A stretch of 64,000 bases of DNA, taken from assembly GCA_902595845.1 (NCBI GenBank), contig CACJRN010000001.1:134326-198325 (forward strand). The letters are read 5' to 3'. A program made the position numbers and the translations under genes. The DNA is from an uncultured Gammaproteobacteria bacterium. GTDB lineage: Bacteria > Pseudomonadota > Gammaproteobacteria > Steroidobacterales > UBA11654. Position 1 is the stretch's first letter, and each line of letters begins with the position of its first letter. The notes under the pieces were generated by a model. It saw only the letters and a list, made by a program, of their open reading frames with translations, was not told where the DNA came from and ran no database searches. Below, piece after piece: positions 1-9,871 of the stretch.

Positions 1-75
1 TGGATTTATGCATAGTAGAAATCAATATTGTTAATAAAATGTTAATAAATTCTTAATTGACTCTTAATATCATGA

Positions 76-91
76 ACACAATATATTGTGT
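76..91. promoter_or_regulatory. NrdR box (distal)
   Basis: Perfect 16-nt palindrome ACACAATATATTGTGT. It matches the NrdR-box consensus (acaCwAtATaTwGtgt) known upstream of ribonucleotide reductase operons. Confidence 0.65.
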
Positions 92-232
92 TACTTGCTT
101 TGTAACAATGTGTGACATCTTTTATGAAAAATGTTTATTTATAGTTTGGATAAAATCTTTATAAATATATGATATATAAAGTAAAAAGTATAAAAAACAA
201 CAAAATCGAAAAATCTTGACAACCAGCGAAAA

Positions 233-260
233 TTGACAATAATCTAATATTGTCTATACA
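233..260 (+). promoter_or_regulatory. Candidate sigma70 promoter of nrdJab
   Basis: TTGACA (233-238), 16-nt spacer, TATACA (255-260), about 70 nt upstream of the nrdJ start. The -10 overlaps the proximal NrdR box. Confidence 0.35.
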
Positions 261-273
261 CAATATGTTGTGT
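258..273. promoter_or_regulatory. NrdR box (proximal)
   Basis: ACACAATATGTTGTGT is a 16-nt near-palindrome with one mismatched pair. It differs from the distal box at one position and lies 57 nt upstream of the nrdJ start. Confidence 0.7.
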
Positions 274-329
274 GATCGAAATACTAGAATTAACACATGT
301 AGGACTCAAAAATTAAGTCAGGGAAAAGA

Positions 330-2480
330 ATGTCTACAGCAAAAAAAACAGATGGCCTTAAAACTTTTGATATCGATCATCAAGAGGCATCAGTTGATAT
401 ATGGGATAAAAAATATCGACTAAAAGATTATGATGCCAATCCAGTTGATGTAACAATCGATGATACTTTCAAACGCGTTGCAAAAGCACTTTCAGAAGTT
501 GAAGAAACAGATAAAAAAGATCAATGCTATGAGGAGTTTCTCTGGGCTTTGAGGTCAGGCGCAATTCCTGCAGGAAGAATTATGTCTAATGCAGGTTCAA
601 TGGAATACAAGCCAGCAACATCAACTATCAATTGTACAGTTTCGGGATCAATTCAAGATTCTATGTCAGGTATTTTAGATAAAGTCACAGAAGCTGGGTT
701 GACTCTTAAAGCTGGTTGTGGGATCGGTTATGAGTTCTCAACACTTCGTCCAAAAGGTGCTTATGTAACTGGAGCAGGCGCATTCACATCAGGCCCTTTA
801 TCATTTATGGATATTTACGATAAAACATGCTTTACGGTTTCCTCTGCAGGAGGAAGAAGGGGTGCTCAAATGGCAACGTTTGATGTCAGCCATCCTGACG
901 TTGAGGAATTCATTAAAGTGAAAAGAGAGGACGGTAGGCTTCGTCAGTTTAATTTATCGCTGTTAATTACTAACGAGTTTATCGAAGCTGTTAAAGAAGA
1001 CGAAGATTGGCCACTTGTATTCCCATTAGATCCAAGTTTGCCGGAAGCAAAAGAAATTGATTTGAATGATGCAAATAAAGTCATTTGGAAAGACTGGGTT
1101 AAAACAGAAGGTTACCTTACCAATGACGAAGGACAAGTAGCATGCAAAGTTTATAAAACAATCCCTGCAAGAAAATTATGGGATCTTATCATGGCATCGA
1201 CCTATGACTATGCTGAACCAGGATTTATTTTGATTGATAAAGTTAATGAAATGAATAATAACTGGTTTGATGAAAATATTAGAGCCACAAACCCCTGTGG
1301 TGAGCAACCATTGCCAGAATATGGTTCTTGCTTGCTTGGTTCTGTTAATCTGACAAAATTTGTTAAAGATCCTTTCACCAATGATGCTGAGTTTGATTGG
1401 GAGACATTTAGAGAAGTGGTCAGAGTATTTACTCGCATGTTGGATAATGTAGTAGAAATTAACGGTCTGCCAATTGATCAACAACGAGATGAAATATTTA
1501 GAAAACGACGACATGGGATGGGATTCTTAGGGCTTGGATCTACAATGACAATGCTCACCATGAAATATGGATCTGATGAATCTCTAGAATTTACTGAAAA
1601 GGTTAGCAGGGAATTAGCTGTGACAGGATGGAGGGCATCACTTGATTTATCAAAAGAAAAAGGACCAGCTCCAATCCTTGAAGAAGATTTCGATGTAACA
1701 CATGAAATGCTAAGGAAACGTCCTGAAATGCTAGATGATGGATATGTGGTTGGAGACAAAGTCAAAGGCAGTGTTTTGCATGCAAAATATAGTCGTTACA
1801 TGCAAAAAATTGGCCAAGAAGATCCTCAATTAATCGATGAGCTTGCAAAACAAGGCGCAAGATTCACTCATCATTCTTCAATCGCACCGACAGGAACAAT
1901 ATCACTTTCCATAGGGAATAATGTAAGCAATGGTATTGAACCCAGTTTTGCACATCACTATTTTAGGAATGTCATCAGAGAGAAAAAGAAAACAAAAGAA
2001 AAGGTAGATGTTTACTCTTTCGAGCTTCTTTCATATATAGACAAAATTAACCCAAAAGCTGATATCAATGCAGAGCAGGGTGCAGAAAATGCTTTACCTG
2101 ACTACTTTATTACTGCTGATGATATTACACCAAAACAACATGTGGATGTTCAGAGTGCTTCACAGGAATGGATTGATTCTTCTATCTCCAAAACTGCAAA
2201 TGTACCAACTGATTTTCCGTTTGAAGAATTTAAAGATATTTATCTCTATGCTCATGAAAGAAATCTAAAGGGTTGTACAACATTCAGATTTAACCCAGAG
2301 GCTTTCCAAGGGGTACTTGTTAAAGAAAAAGATTTGGAACAAACAAAATATGTATTTGTTCTAGAAGATGGGCAAGAGGTTGAGGTTGCTGGAAATGAGG
2401 AAATTGAATATGACGGCGAGACTCACACAGCAGCGAATTTGTTTGATGCTCTGAAAGAGGGTTACTACGGGAAGTTCTAA
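330..2480 (+). CDS. nrdJ: Class II (adenosylcobalamin-dependent) ribonucleotide reductase, large fragment NrdJa
   Basis: 716 aa. Contains the RNR active-site finger-loop motif NPCGEQPLPEYGSCLLGSVNL and class II-type N- and C-terminal regions. A separate C-terminal fragment gene follows 2 nt later. Confidence 0.9.
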   Translation: MSTAKKTDGLKTFDIDHQEASVDIWDKKYRLKDYDANPVDVTIDDTFKRVAKALSEVEETDKKDQCYEEFLWALRSGAIPAGRIMSNAGSMEYKPATSTINCTVSGSIQDSMSGILDKVTEAGLTLKAGCGIGYEFSTLRPKGAYVTGAGAFTSGPLSFMDIYDKTCFTVSSAGGRRGAQMATFDVSHPDVEEFIKVKREDGRLRQFNLSLLITNEFIEAVKEDEDWPLVFPLDPSLPEAKEIDLNDANKVIWKDWVKTEGYLTNDEGQVACKVYKTIPARKLWDLIMASTYDYAEPGFILIDKVNEMNNNWFDENIRATNPCGEQPLPEYGSCLLGSVNLTKFVKDPFTNDAEFDWETFREVVRVFTRMLDNVVEINGLPIDQQRDEIFRKRRHGMGFLGLGSTMTMLTMKYGSDESLEFTEKVSRELAVTGWRASLDLSKEKGPAPILEEDFDVTHEMLRKRPEMLDDGYVVGDKVKGSVLHAKYSRYMQKIGQEDPQLIDELAKQGARFTHHSSIAPTGTISLSIGNNVSNGIEPSFAHHYFRNVIREKKKTKEKVDVYSFELLSYIDKINPKADINAEQGAENALPDYFITADDITPKQHVDVQSASQEWIDSSISKTANVPTDFPFEEFKDIYLYAHERNLKGCTTFRFNPEAFQGVLVKEKDLEQTKYVFVLEDGQEVEVAGNEEIEYDGETHTAANLFDALKEGYYGKF

Positions 2481-2482
2481 GA

Positions 2483-3184
2483 ATGGCTAAAGTCAAAATA
2501 GAAAATAAAATAGTTGGTTACAGAGTCAGTACCGAAGAAAAGCCCCAGATTAATGAAGCCTCTGAACAAATAACACAGGAAGAACCAAACGTTGTCCGAA
2601 TGCATGAGCGCCTTGAAAGGCCAGAAATGCTTAGAGGAACAACTTATAAAATTAAACCACCAGTCTCAGATCATGCAATGTATATCACAATCAATGATAT
2701 CGTCCTGAATCAGGATACAGAACATGAGAAATTCAGGCCATATGAGATCTTTATTAATTCAAAAAATCTTGATCACTACCAATGGATTGTTGCATTGACC
2801 AGGGTTTTGTCTGCTGTATTCAGAAAAGGTGGAGATGTTGCATTTCTGGTAGAAGAGCTAAAAGCAGTTTTTGATCCAAAAGGTGGTTATTTTGCTGGCG
2901 AAGGGAAGTTTATGCCCTCAATTATTGCAGAGTTGGGTTATGTCATTGAAAGGCACTTCAAGTATATAGGAATAATAGGCGAGCCAATTTTGGATGAGCA
3001 TCAACAAAAGCTAATTGAAGAGAAAAGACAAGAATTTGAAAATCAAAGCAAGCAGCAAGATGCCTTTGTAAATACTGAATTCCCAGAAGGCTCGAAGCTA
3101 TGCGGACAATGCAATACTGTTGCGATGGTTCTCATGGATGGTTGTGAAACTTGTTTGAATTGCGGCTACTCAAAGTGCGGATAG
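2483..3184 (+). CDS. nrdJ: Class II ribonucleotide reductase, small fragment NrdJb with Cys-rich C-terminal tail
   Basis: 233 aa, starting 2 nt after NrdJa. The tail CGQCNTVAMVLMDGCETCLNCGYSKCG is the Cys-rich zinc-finger/redox tail typical of class II RNRs. The split matches the NrdJa/NrdJb arrangement described in Pseudomonas. Confidence 0.8.
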   Translation: MAKVKIENKIVGYRVSTEEKPQINEASEQITQEEPNVVRMHERLERPEMLRGTTYKIKPPVSDHAMYITINDIVLNQDTEHEKFRPYEIFINSKNLDHYQWIVALTRVLSAVFRKGGDVAFLVEELKAVFDPKGGYFAGEGKFMPSIIAELGYVIERHFKYIGIIGEPILDEHQQKLIEEKRQEFENQSKQQDAFVNTEFPEGSKLCGQCNTVAMVLMDGCETCLNCGYSKCG

Positions 3185-3200
3185 AGAAGAGAGTATAAAG

Positions 3201-3563
3201 ATGAAAATGCCTCTTTCAGAAATCATAGATCGTTACACCATAACATTGCTCAAATCAGAGAGGACCAATGAAGATGTTTCTGAAGAACTAACTGCATATA
3301 AAAGAGAAATTCCAGATGGCGACTCTGTTAATACATTCATAGATAGGATGTACGAAATCAATGGAAAAATATGGGATACAGAAGGGGATATCAGAAGAGG
3401 CGTAGATATGCCACTTGAAGAAGTGGGAAGGCTTGCATTAATTGTGAGAGACCTTAATCAGATCAGAAATGGCATTAAGGGCGAGATTGTTGATGAGTTT
3501 GCTGAAGGCTTCAAAGAAATTAAAGTTAATTATAGAAAAGTCGATTACGGAAGATCTGAATAA
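3201..3563 (+). CDS. Hypothetical small soluble protein (120 aa)
   Basis: Clean ORF with AGAGAAGAGAG purine tract upstream and its own downstream hairpin. I recognise no motif. Confidence 0.55.
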   Translation: MKMPLSEIIDRYTITLLKSERTNEDVSEELTAYKREIPDGDSVNTFIDRMYEINGKIWDTEGDIRRGVDMPLEEVGRLALIVRDLNQIRNGIKGEIVDEFAEGFKEIKVNYRKVDYGRSE

Positions 3564-3583
3564 TTAATAAGCAGATCTTTTTA
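3551..3583 (+). terminator. Putative rho-independent terminator
   Basis: AAGATCTG (3551-3558) pairs with CAGATCTT (3572-3579) across a 13-nt loop and is followed by TTTAT. It overlaps the stop codon of the 120-aa ORF. Confidence 0.45.
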
Positions 3584-3631
3584 TTCCTCAATAAAAAACT
3601 AGTTTGGTAATCATTCAGCGATTATCATGGC

Positions 3632-4921
3632 ATGATGCTCACTACTAAAATATCGCGCTTTTTCTACGATATATTTACATATCTGGTATCACCCTTATTG
3701 ATCTTACATTTGATTTTTAGATCCATATCTGATCAAAGATATACCAATAGAATTGGTGAGAGATTTGGATTTTATGAGAAAGAGAACAATCATGATTCGA
3801 TTTGGATCCATGCTGTTTCTTATGGAGAGGTCAATGCAGCTCAATCACTGGTGAGATCATTATTGGAAGAGAATCCAGGCCATAAAATAATCTTCACATG
3901 TACGACACCAACTGGCTCGGCTTTAATAAATGAGTTATTCGATGATCGTGTCAGTAGTGTTTATCTTCCATATGATTTGAAGGGTCCTGTAAAGAGATTT
4001 TTCAAATGGGCTAAACCGAAAATTGCAATCATCATTGAGACAGAAATTTGGCCAAATATCTATCATTATTGTGGCAAAAGAAAAATTCCTTTGATTCTAG
4101 CAAGTGCATGCATATCTGATGACTCAATGAAGAAGTACTCCATTCTTTTTGGATTATTCAAAGATAGCGTTTCTCAAGGCATAGTTGTTGCAGCTCAGTC
4201 CGATGAGGATGCTCAGAAATTTATATCATTAGGCGCAAAACAAGAGAGAACATTTGTTACTGGAAATTTGAAATTTGATACAGAGATCAATCTTGATTCA
4301 TCCATGGATGTAGATTTGTTCAAAAATGAATTTATGGGTAAAAGGTTCTCATGGACTGCTGGGAGCACACATGACCGGGAAGAAATAGAAGCCATAAGAG
4401 CCCACAAGTCTATCAAAGAAAAAATACCCAATGCTCTTTTAATTCTGGCCCCCAGAAAACCAGAAAGATTCCAGGTTGTTTCTAAAATGCTAGATCAAAG
4501 TGGTTTGAGTTATTGTAAATGGTCAGAAAGTAAAGAAAAGAAGATTGATTCAGATGTTTTACTTGTAGATACGCTTGGTGATCTGCTTTTCTTCTATTCT
4601 GTGAGTGAAGTCACCTTTGTTGGAGGAAGCTTATTTGACATTGGTGGTCATAATCTAATTGAGCCAGCAATATTGATGAAACCGATTTTGACAGGCCCTA
4701 AACTAGAAAATGTTCAAGAGATTGCAGATCAGTTTCGATCAAATCAAGCCATCATTATAGTTAGCAGTCATAAAGATCTATCGAGCTCTATTATTGAATT
4801 ATCAGATGATCAAGAAAGATGTAATGAAATGACGAATAATGCCAAGCAGGTTATAGAGAAAAATAAGGGTTCAAAAGAAAAGATTTTGCAGCTGATTCAA
4901 CCGCACATAGAGCTACATTAG
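3632..4921 (+). CDS. waaA: 3-deoxy-D-manno-octulosonic acid (Kdo) transferase
   Basis: 429 aa, colinear with E. coli WaaA: HAVSYGEV vs HSVSVGET, YLPYDL, ETEIWPN vs ETELWPN, LILAPRKPERF vs LILVPRHPERF, FVGGSL...GGHN. Confidence 0.9.
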   Translation: MMLTTKISRFFYDIFTYLVSPLLILHLIFRSISDQRYTNRIGERFGFYEKENNHDSIWIHAVSYGEVNAAQSLVRSLLEENPGHKIIFTCTTPTGSALINELFDDRVSSVYLPYDLKGPVKRFFKWAKPKIAIIIETEIWPNIYHYCGKRKIPLILASACISDDSMKKYSILFGLFKDSVSQGIVVAAQSDEDAQKFISLGAKQERTFVTGNLKFDTEINLDSSMDVDLFKNEFMGKRFSWTAGSTHDREEIEAIRAHKSIKEKIPNALLILAPRKPERFQVVSKMLDQSGLSYCKWSESKEKKIDSDVLLVDTLGDLLFFYSVSEVTFVGGSLFDIGGHNLIEPAILMKPILTGPKLENVQEIADQFRSNQAIIIVSSHKDLSSSIIELSDDQERCNEMTNNAKQVIEKNKGSKEKILQLIQPHIELH

Positions 4922-6319
4922 CCAGCCATTAATTTGTTCCAAATCTTGAACATTCAGAGTTCCTGCAGCCTGCTTAAGTCTTAAAATGTTTAAAATATAG
5001 TCATATTTGCTGATCGCTAGATTTTTCTGAGCAGAGAAGAGCCTTCTTCTTGCATCCAGAACATCCACAGTTGTTCTTGTTCCAACTTCATATCCAGCCT
5101 CTGTGGCCTGCAAGGCTGTAGCCGATGACATCACTGATTGTTGAAGGGCTTTTACGGTTGCAATCCCAGAGATAACGCCCAGATATGAGTCCCTTGCAAC
5201 CTTTGTTGTTTCTCTCGCAACCCGCTCAAGCTTTTCTTTCGAGGCTCTATGTCTAGCAACAGCTTGTTTAACTCTCGATCTAACTTGACCACCACTATAG
5301 AGTGGAAGTGTCATTTGTATTCCAACTCCCTCATTGACATTTTCTGAGTCAGCTGGGCTCAAGGCTCCTCCACTGTCAGATCTGAAGCTATCTGTATCCG
5401 TATCTCTTCTTGCTGCTTGGACACCAATGGTTGGAAGATGCCCGCTTCTTTGTATCTTAATCTCACTTTTCGCAATTTCCACACCGACTTCAGCCGACAT
5501 CAGGCTCAAGTTCTGCTCTAAAGATGTATCAACCCAGTCATTTTCTCTTTGCGGATTGGGCATGATCAATGGGAGATCGTTGCCAGGTTTTTTTAGCTTA
5601 CCCGGATAGCTATCCGTGATGGATCTCAATGACTCTTTTGCGGTGGCTAAACTTCTTTTTGCAATGATTTCATTGGCAATCGATTGATCATAAGCAGCTT
5701 GTGCTTCTTGAACATCAGTAATTGCAATTAAGCCAACTTCAAATCGTTTTTGAGCCTGATCCAATTGTTTTTCGATTGATTGTCTCGCAGCTTGCTCAGC
5801 TTCAAGCGTATCTTCTGCAGCCAGAATATTAAAATATGCCGATGCCACTCTGATGATTAGATCTTGCTCAGCAGCCAAGTAATCGACCTCTGCTTGTGCA
5901 ACTGTCTTATTTGCTTTTCTGAGGTTCATCCATACACCATAATCAAAAATTGTCTGTCTAAGAGTAATGTCCCATTGCAGTGTTTCTGATTCTTGAATGA
6001 AATCGGTGTTGCTGGTTAGTACTGTTTCATCTCCTGTGATTGGATTGATGAATTTTTGTTGAAACGTGCTTTGACCATTGACATCACTGTCTGAAAAAGT
6101 TGCTGAGCTGCTCAGTTGCGGAAGAATGAGGCTTCGTGCTTGTGGCTTGCTCTCGATAATGGCTTCTTTATTTGCCAAAGCTTCTTTTATGAACGGATCA
6201 TTGATGGTTGCCAATTGATATATTTCTATCAATGAAGCACTTTTGGCACCTAAGCCAAAGGTCAGGAATAAGAAAGGAACTATTACTGCTTTTCTCATGC
6301 GACTACTTTCGTAATTCAT
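4913..6319 (-). CDS. tolC: TolC-family outer membrane efflux channel
   Basis: 468 aa with a signal peptide. N-terminal LIEIYQLA..NDP motif and a duplicated coiled-coil/beta-barrel repeat organisation typical of TolC. Confidence 0.85.
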   Translation of the reverse strand: MNYESSRMRKAVIVPFLFLTFGLGAKSASLIEIYQLATINDPFIKEALANKEAIIESKPQARSLILPQLSSSATFSDSDVNGQSTFQQKFINPITGDETVLTSNTDFIQESETLQWDITLRQTIFDYGVWMNLRKANKTVAQAEVDYLAAEQDLIIRVASAYFNILAAEDTLEAEQAARQSIEKQLDQAQKRFEVGLIAITDVQEAQAAYDQSIANEIIAKRSLATAKESLRSITDSYPGKLKKPGNDLPLIMPNPQRENDWVDTSLEQNLSLMSAEVGVEIAKSEIKIQRSGHLPTIGVQAARRDTDTDSFRSDSGGALSPADSENVNEGVGIQMTLPLYSGGQVRSRVKQAVARHRASKEKLERVARETTKVARDSYLGVISGIATVKALQQSVMSSATALQATEAGYEVGTRTTVDVLDARRRLFSAQKNLAISKYDYILNILRLKQAAGTLNVQDLEQINGWLM

Positions 6320-6342
6320 TTATATTTAGATTGACCTAATCA

Positions 6343-6378
6343 GGGAGAGGAGTGTTTTTTAACATTTTATCCTCTCCC
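6343..6378. other. Inverted repeat (9-bp stem) between hppA and tolC
   Basis: GGGAGAGGA (6343-6351) and TCCTCTCCC (6370-6378) are exact reverse complements with an 18-nt loop. No flanking T-run, so terminator function is uncertain. Confidence 0.3.
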
Positions 6379-6433
6379 ATGATGTAACGAATTGTAACCC
6401 TCTTTTTTGATTCAAATATGAATCAATGATGAA

Positions 6434-8470
6434 TTAGAGAAGAGGGATTAACAACAGTGCAACAATATTGATGATTTTGATCAATGGGTTGATAGCAGGA
6501 CCAGCGGTATCCTTATATGGATCTCCGACTGTATCACCTGTGATTGAAGCATTGTGTGCCTCAGATCCTTTACCACCACAATGACCATCTTCGACATATT
6601 TTTTTGCATTATCCCAAGCACCACCACCAGTGGTCATTGAAATTGCAACAAATATTCCAGTAACAATCGTACCAATCAAGAGTCCACCAAGTGCTTTAAT
6701 TCCACCATCTTCTGGCATCATAATATTCATCAGCACAGCCAATACAACCGGTACAAGCACGGGCAGTATTGAAGGGATTATCATTTCCTTGATGGCAGCT
6801 TTTGTTAATAGGTCAACACAGTTAGAGTAATCAGGCTTACCTGTGCCTTCCATAATGCCAGGGATTTCCTTAAATTGTCTGCGAACCTCAGTTACGACTG
6901 AGCTGGCTGCTCTACCAACAGCTTCCATCGCGAGAGCGCCAAACAGATATGGCACCATCCCGCCAACAAATAGGCCAATGATTACAGCAGGATCATTGAG
7001 CATGAATTGAACGGCTTTACCTTCAGACTCTAAGTTTGCAGTAAAGTCAGCGAATAATACCAATGCAGCAAGACCTGCTGAACCAATTGCATAACCCTTT
7101 GTTACAGCTTTTGTTGTATTTCCAACTGCATCCAATGGATCTGTGATACCTCTAATTTCAGAGGGTAATTCTGCCATTTCAGCAATCCCACCTGCGTTAT
7201 CAGTAATGGGACCAAATGCATCCAAAGCTACAATCATTCCAGTTAGAGACAACATTGATGTTGCAGCAATTGCGATCCCATATAGACCACCTAAAGCATA
7301 AGCGCCCCAGATGCTCAAACAAACTGCCAGTACAGGAAGAGCTGTCGACTTCATTGAAACCCCAAGTCCGGCAATGATATTAGTTGCATGCCCAGTAGTT
7401 GAAGCCTCAGCAATTTTTTGCACAGGACTATACTCAGTACTGGTATAGAATTCTGTTACCAATACCATAAAAGCGGTCAGGACTAATCCAATGATCGCAG
7501 ACCAAAATAGGCCCATGTCCATTTCCATCATTCCGGTGATTGGATAGAAAGCAATTGCAGCAAGTAAACCTGAGATAATCACACCTTTATAGAGCGCTCC
7601 CATGACACTGCCACCATCTTTCGCTTTAACAAATAATGCTCCAATTACAGAGGCAACAATTGATACCGCCCCTAAAACAAGTGGATACATAACAGCATTA
7701 GTTGCTTCTGCACCACTGAAGACCAAACCGCCAAGCAGCATAGTAGCTATGATGGTTACTGCATATGTCTCAAAAAGGTCTGCTGCCATACCAGCACAGT
7801 CACCGACATTGTCACCAACATTATCTGCAATAACGGCAGGATTTCTCGGATCATCTTCTGGAATTCCAGCTTCAATCTTACCGACAAGGTCCGCACCTAC
7901 GTCAGCACCCTTGGTGAAGATTCCTCCGCCAAGTCTTGCAAAAATAGAAATCAGAGAGCCTCCAAAAGCCAATCCGATTAATGCATGCAAGCTGTCATCA
8001 ACAGATACACCAGATGATGTAAGAATGAGGTAGTAACCCGCAATACTTAAAAGACCAAGACCAACGACAAGCAAGCCAGTAACTGCGCCGCCTCTAAAGG
8101 CCATTGATAGTGCTGCATTCATTCCTTGGTGTGCAGCTTGAGCAGTCCTCACATTTGCTCTGACGGAAATACTCATGCCGATATATCCTGCTAAGCCTGA
8201 GAAAACAGCACCAATTGCAAAGCCAATTGCACTTGACCAACCAATTCCACTTATACCCAATAGTATAAATATGACCACTCCAACAATCGCAATTGTGGAA
8301 TATTGTCTATTTAGATATGCTTGAGCTCCTTCTTGAATCGCTCCGGCAATTTCTCTCATTCGATCATTGCCATCAGATTCCTTCATGATTTGGAGTGAAA
8401 AAACAACTCCACAAACAATTGCAACTATCGAAGCAGATAATGCAATCCATAATGCTTGACCTTCAGTCAT
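6434..8470 (-). CDS. hppA: Membrane-bound proton/sodium-translocating pyrophosphatase
   Basis: 678 aa polytopic protein with hallmark motifs [21 protein letters not shown] and [21 protein letters not shown]. Confidence 0.95.
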   Translation of the reverse strand: MTEGQALWIALSASIVAIVCGVVFSLQIMKESDGNDRMREIAGAIQEGAQAYLNRQYSTIAIVGVVIFILLGISGIGWSSAIGFAIGAVFSGLAGYIGMSISVRANVRTAQAAHQGMNAALSMAFRGGAVTGLLVVGLGLLSIAGYYLILTSSGVSVDDSLHALIGLAFGGSLISIFARLGGGIFTKGADVGADLVGKIEAGIPEDDPRNPAVIADNVGDNVGDCAGMAADLFETYAVTIIATMLLGGLVFSGAEATNAVMYPLVLGAVSIVASVIGALFVKAKDGGSVMGALYKGVIISGLLAAIAFYPITGMMEMDMGLFWSAIIGLVLTAFMVLVTEFYTSTEYSPVQKIAEASTTGHATNIIAGLGVSMKSTALPVLAVCLSIWGAYALGGLYGIAIAATSMLSLTGMIVALDAFGPITDNAGGIAEMAELPSEIRGITDPLDAVGNTTKAVTKGYAIGSAGLAALVLFADFTANLESEGKAVQFMLNDPAVIIGLFVGGMVPYLFGALAMEAVGRAASSVVTEVRRQFKEIPGIMEGTGKPDYSNCVDLLTKAAIKEMIIPSILPVLVPVVLAVLMNIMMPEDGGIKALGGLLIGTIVTGIFVAISMTTGGGAWDNAKKYVEDGHCGGKGSEAHNASITGDTVGDPYKDTAGPAINPLIKIINIVALLLIPLL

Positions 8471-8523
8471 CGTGTACTCCTCGTTTAATTCTTATATAGA
8501 AGTTTGTTAAAAAATTTTGTGGA

Positions 8524-9798
8524 TCATACCATAAATTTTGATTTTAGCCTCTTGGGAACGAGTTTATTTTTTAATTCACAAAAGACCGGTAAACCATCCT
8601 TATAGGGTGGATAACCTTCTCCGCTTATTAATGGCATCATATATTCTTTACAGGCTTTGGTAATGCCATAACCATTAGAGGTAATAAATTTTTTTGGCAT
8701 CATTTTTTCATTATTGGCAACTTTTGATAGATCTGTTGATCCAATTGCCCATTTATAGGGTTTATTTGACTTTCGTACAATTGTCATCATTTTTGATTTT
8801 TCACCTTTTATGGCTGCTTTGACAGCCATTTCACCCACTGCATAAGCTTGTTTTAAATCGACTTCCGAAGCAAGATGCCTTGCAGATCTTTGAAGATAAT
8901 CTGCGATTGCATAATGGTATTTGTATCCGAGTGATTTTTTTATCATATCTGCAAGAACTGGAGCAACCCCGCCAAGTTGTTTGTGGCCGAAGGAGTCTTT
9001 GCTTCCAGCATCTGCTAGGAATTTGCCATTTTTATATCTCGCTCCCTCACTTGCCACGATGACGCAATAGCCATTTTGCTTGACTGATTTATCAACATGC
9101 TTGAGAAAGTCTTTCTTTTCAAATGGAACCTCTGGAAAGAGAATAATATGGGGTGGATCATTTCTTTTCTTTGAGATCAAGCCTCCCGCCGCGGCTATCC
9201 ATCCTGCATGTCTTCCCATGACTTCCAGTATAAAAACTTTGGTTGACGTTTCGGCCATCGAAAGAACATCAAGACTTGCTTCATTTGTTGAAACAGCAAT
9301 GTACTTGGCAACTGAACCAAAGCCTGGGCATGTATCTGTAATCGGTAAGTCATTGTCTACAGTTTTTGGAATCCCAATAGAAGCAATTGGAAAACCCATC
9401 TGAGAGCCAATCTGAGAAACTTTATGCGCAGTATCCATTGAATCGCCACCACCGTTATAAAAGAAATAACCAATATCGTGTGCTTTAAAAACCTCTATCA
9501 ATCGCTCATATTCTCTTTGGTTTTCTTTTATCCCTCTCAGTTTGTATCTTGCAGAGCCAAACGCTCCTCCAGGCGTATATTTTAATAACTCAATTTGTTT
9601 TGATGTTTCATAGCTTGTATCAATTAAATTTTCCTCAAGAGCTCCTAGGATCCCGTTCTTTCCTGCAAAAACTTTTCCTATCTTCTTAGGGTATTTCCTT
9701 GCTGTTTCAATCACTCCAGCTGCACTTGCATTGATAACTGAAGTCACTCCTCCGGATTGAGCATAGAATGCATTCTTTGGCGCCATAATAACTTCCAA
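8524..9798 (-). CDS. pfp: 6-phosphofructokinase, probably pyrophosphate-dependent (Pfp type)
   Basis: 424 aa PFK fold: NAFYAQSGGVTSVINAS, NGGGDSMDTA, PKTVDNDL, MGRHAGW. The size and N-terminus resemble the long PPi-PFK group. It lies directly downstream of hppA. The start could be Met5 (9786). Confidence 0.72.
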   Translation of the reverse strand: MEVIMAPKNAFYAQSGGVTSVINASAAGVIETARKYPKKIGKVFAGKNGILGALEENLIDTSYETSKQIELLKYTPGGAFGSARYKLRGIKENQREYERLIEVFKAHDIGYFFYNGGGDSMDTAHKVSQIGSQMGFPIASIGIPKTVDNDLPITDTCPGFGSVAKYIAVSTNEASLDVLSMAETSTKVFILEVMGRHAGWIAAAGGLISKKRNDPPHIILFPEVPFEKKDFLKHVDKSVKQNGYCVIVASEGARYKNGKFLADAGSKDSFGHKQLGGVAPVLADMIKKSLGYKYHYAIADYLQRSARHLASEVDLKQAYAVGEMAVKAAIKGEKSKMMTIVRKSNKPYKWAIGSTDLSKVANNEKMMPKKFITSNGYGITKACKEYMMPLISGEGYPPYKDGLPVFCELKNKLVPKRLKSKFMV

Positions 9799-9871
9799 AA
9801 TTAAGAATTTTGCATATGATAGCTAGTCAGCCAATATTTTAATAGTGAAACTATCTAAAAGAGGATTATTT

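Noticed and set aside
7602-8033. 143-aa plus-strand ORF inside hppA. Similar long antisense ORFs occur at 17389-17853 (in tkt), 19021-19416 (in gap), 33906-34337 (glnS/SDR), 48056-48490 (in the Mo alpha subunit), 10808-11203 (in rnd) and 53319-53606.
   Set aside because: All lie wholly within strongly supported genes on the opposite strand. Their composition is low-complexity (Ser/Pro/Ile-rich) and typical of shadow frames, and they have no motifs or ribosome-binding sites.
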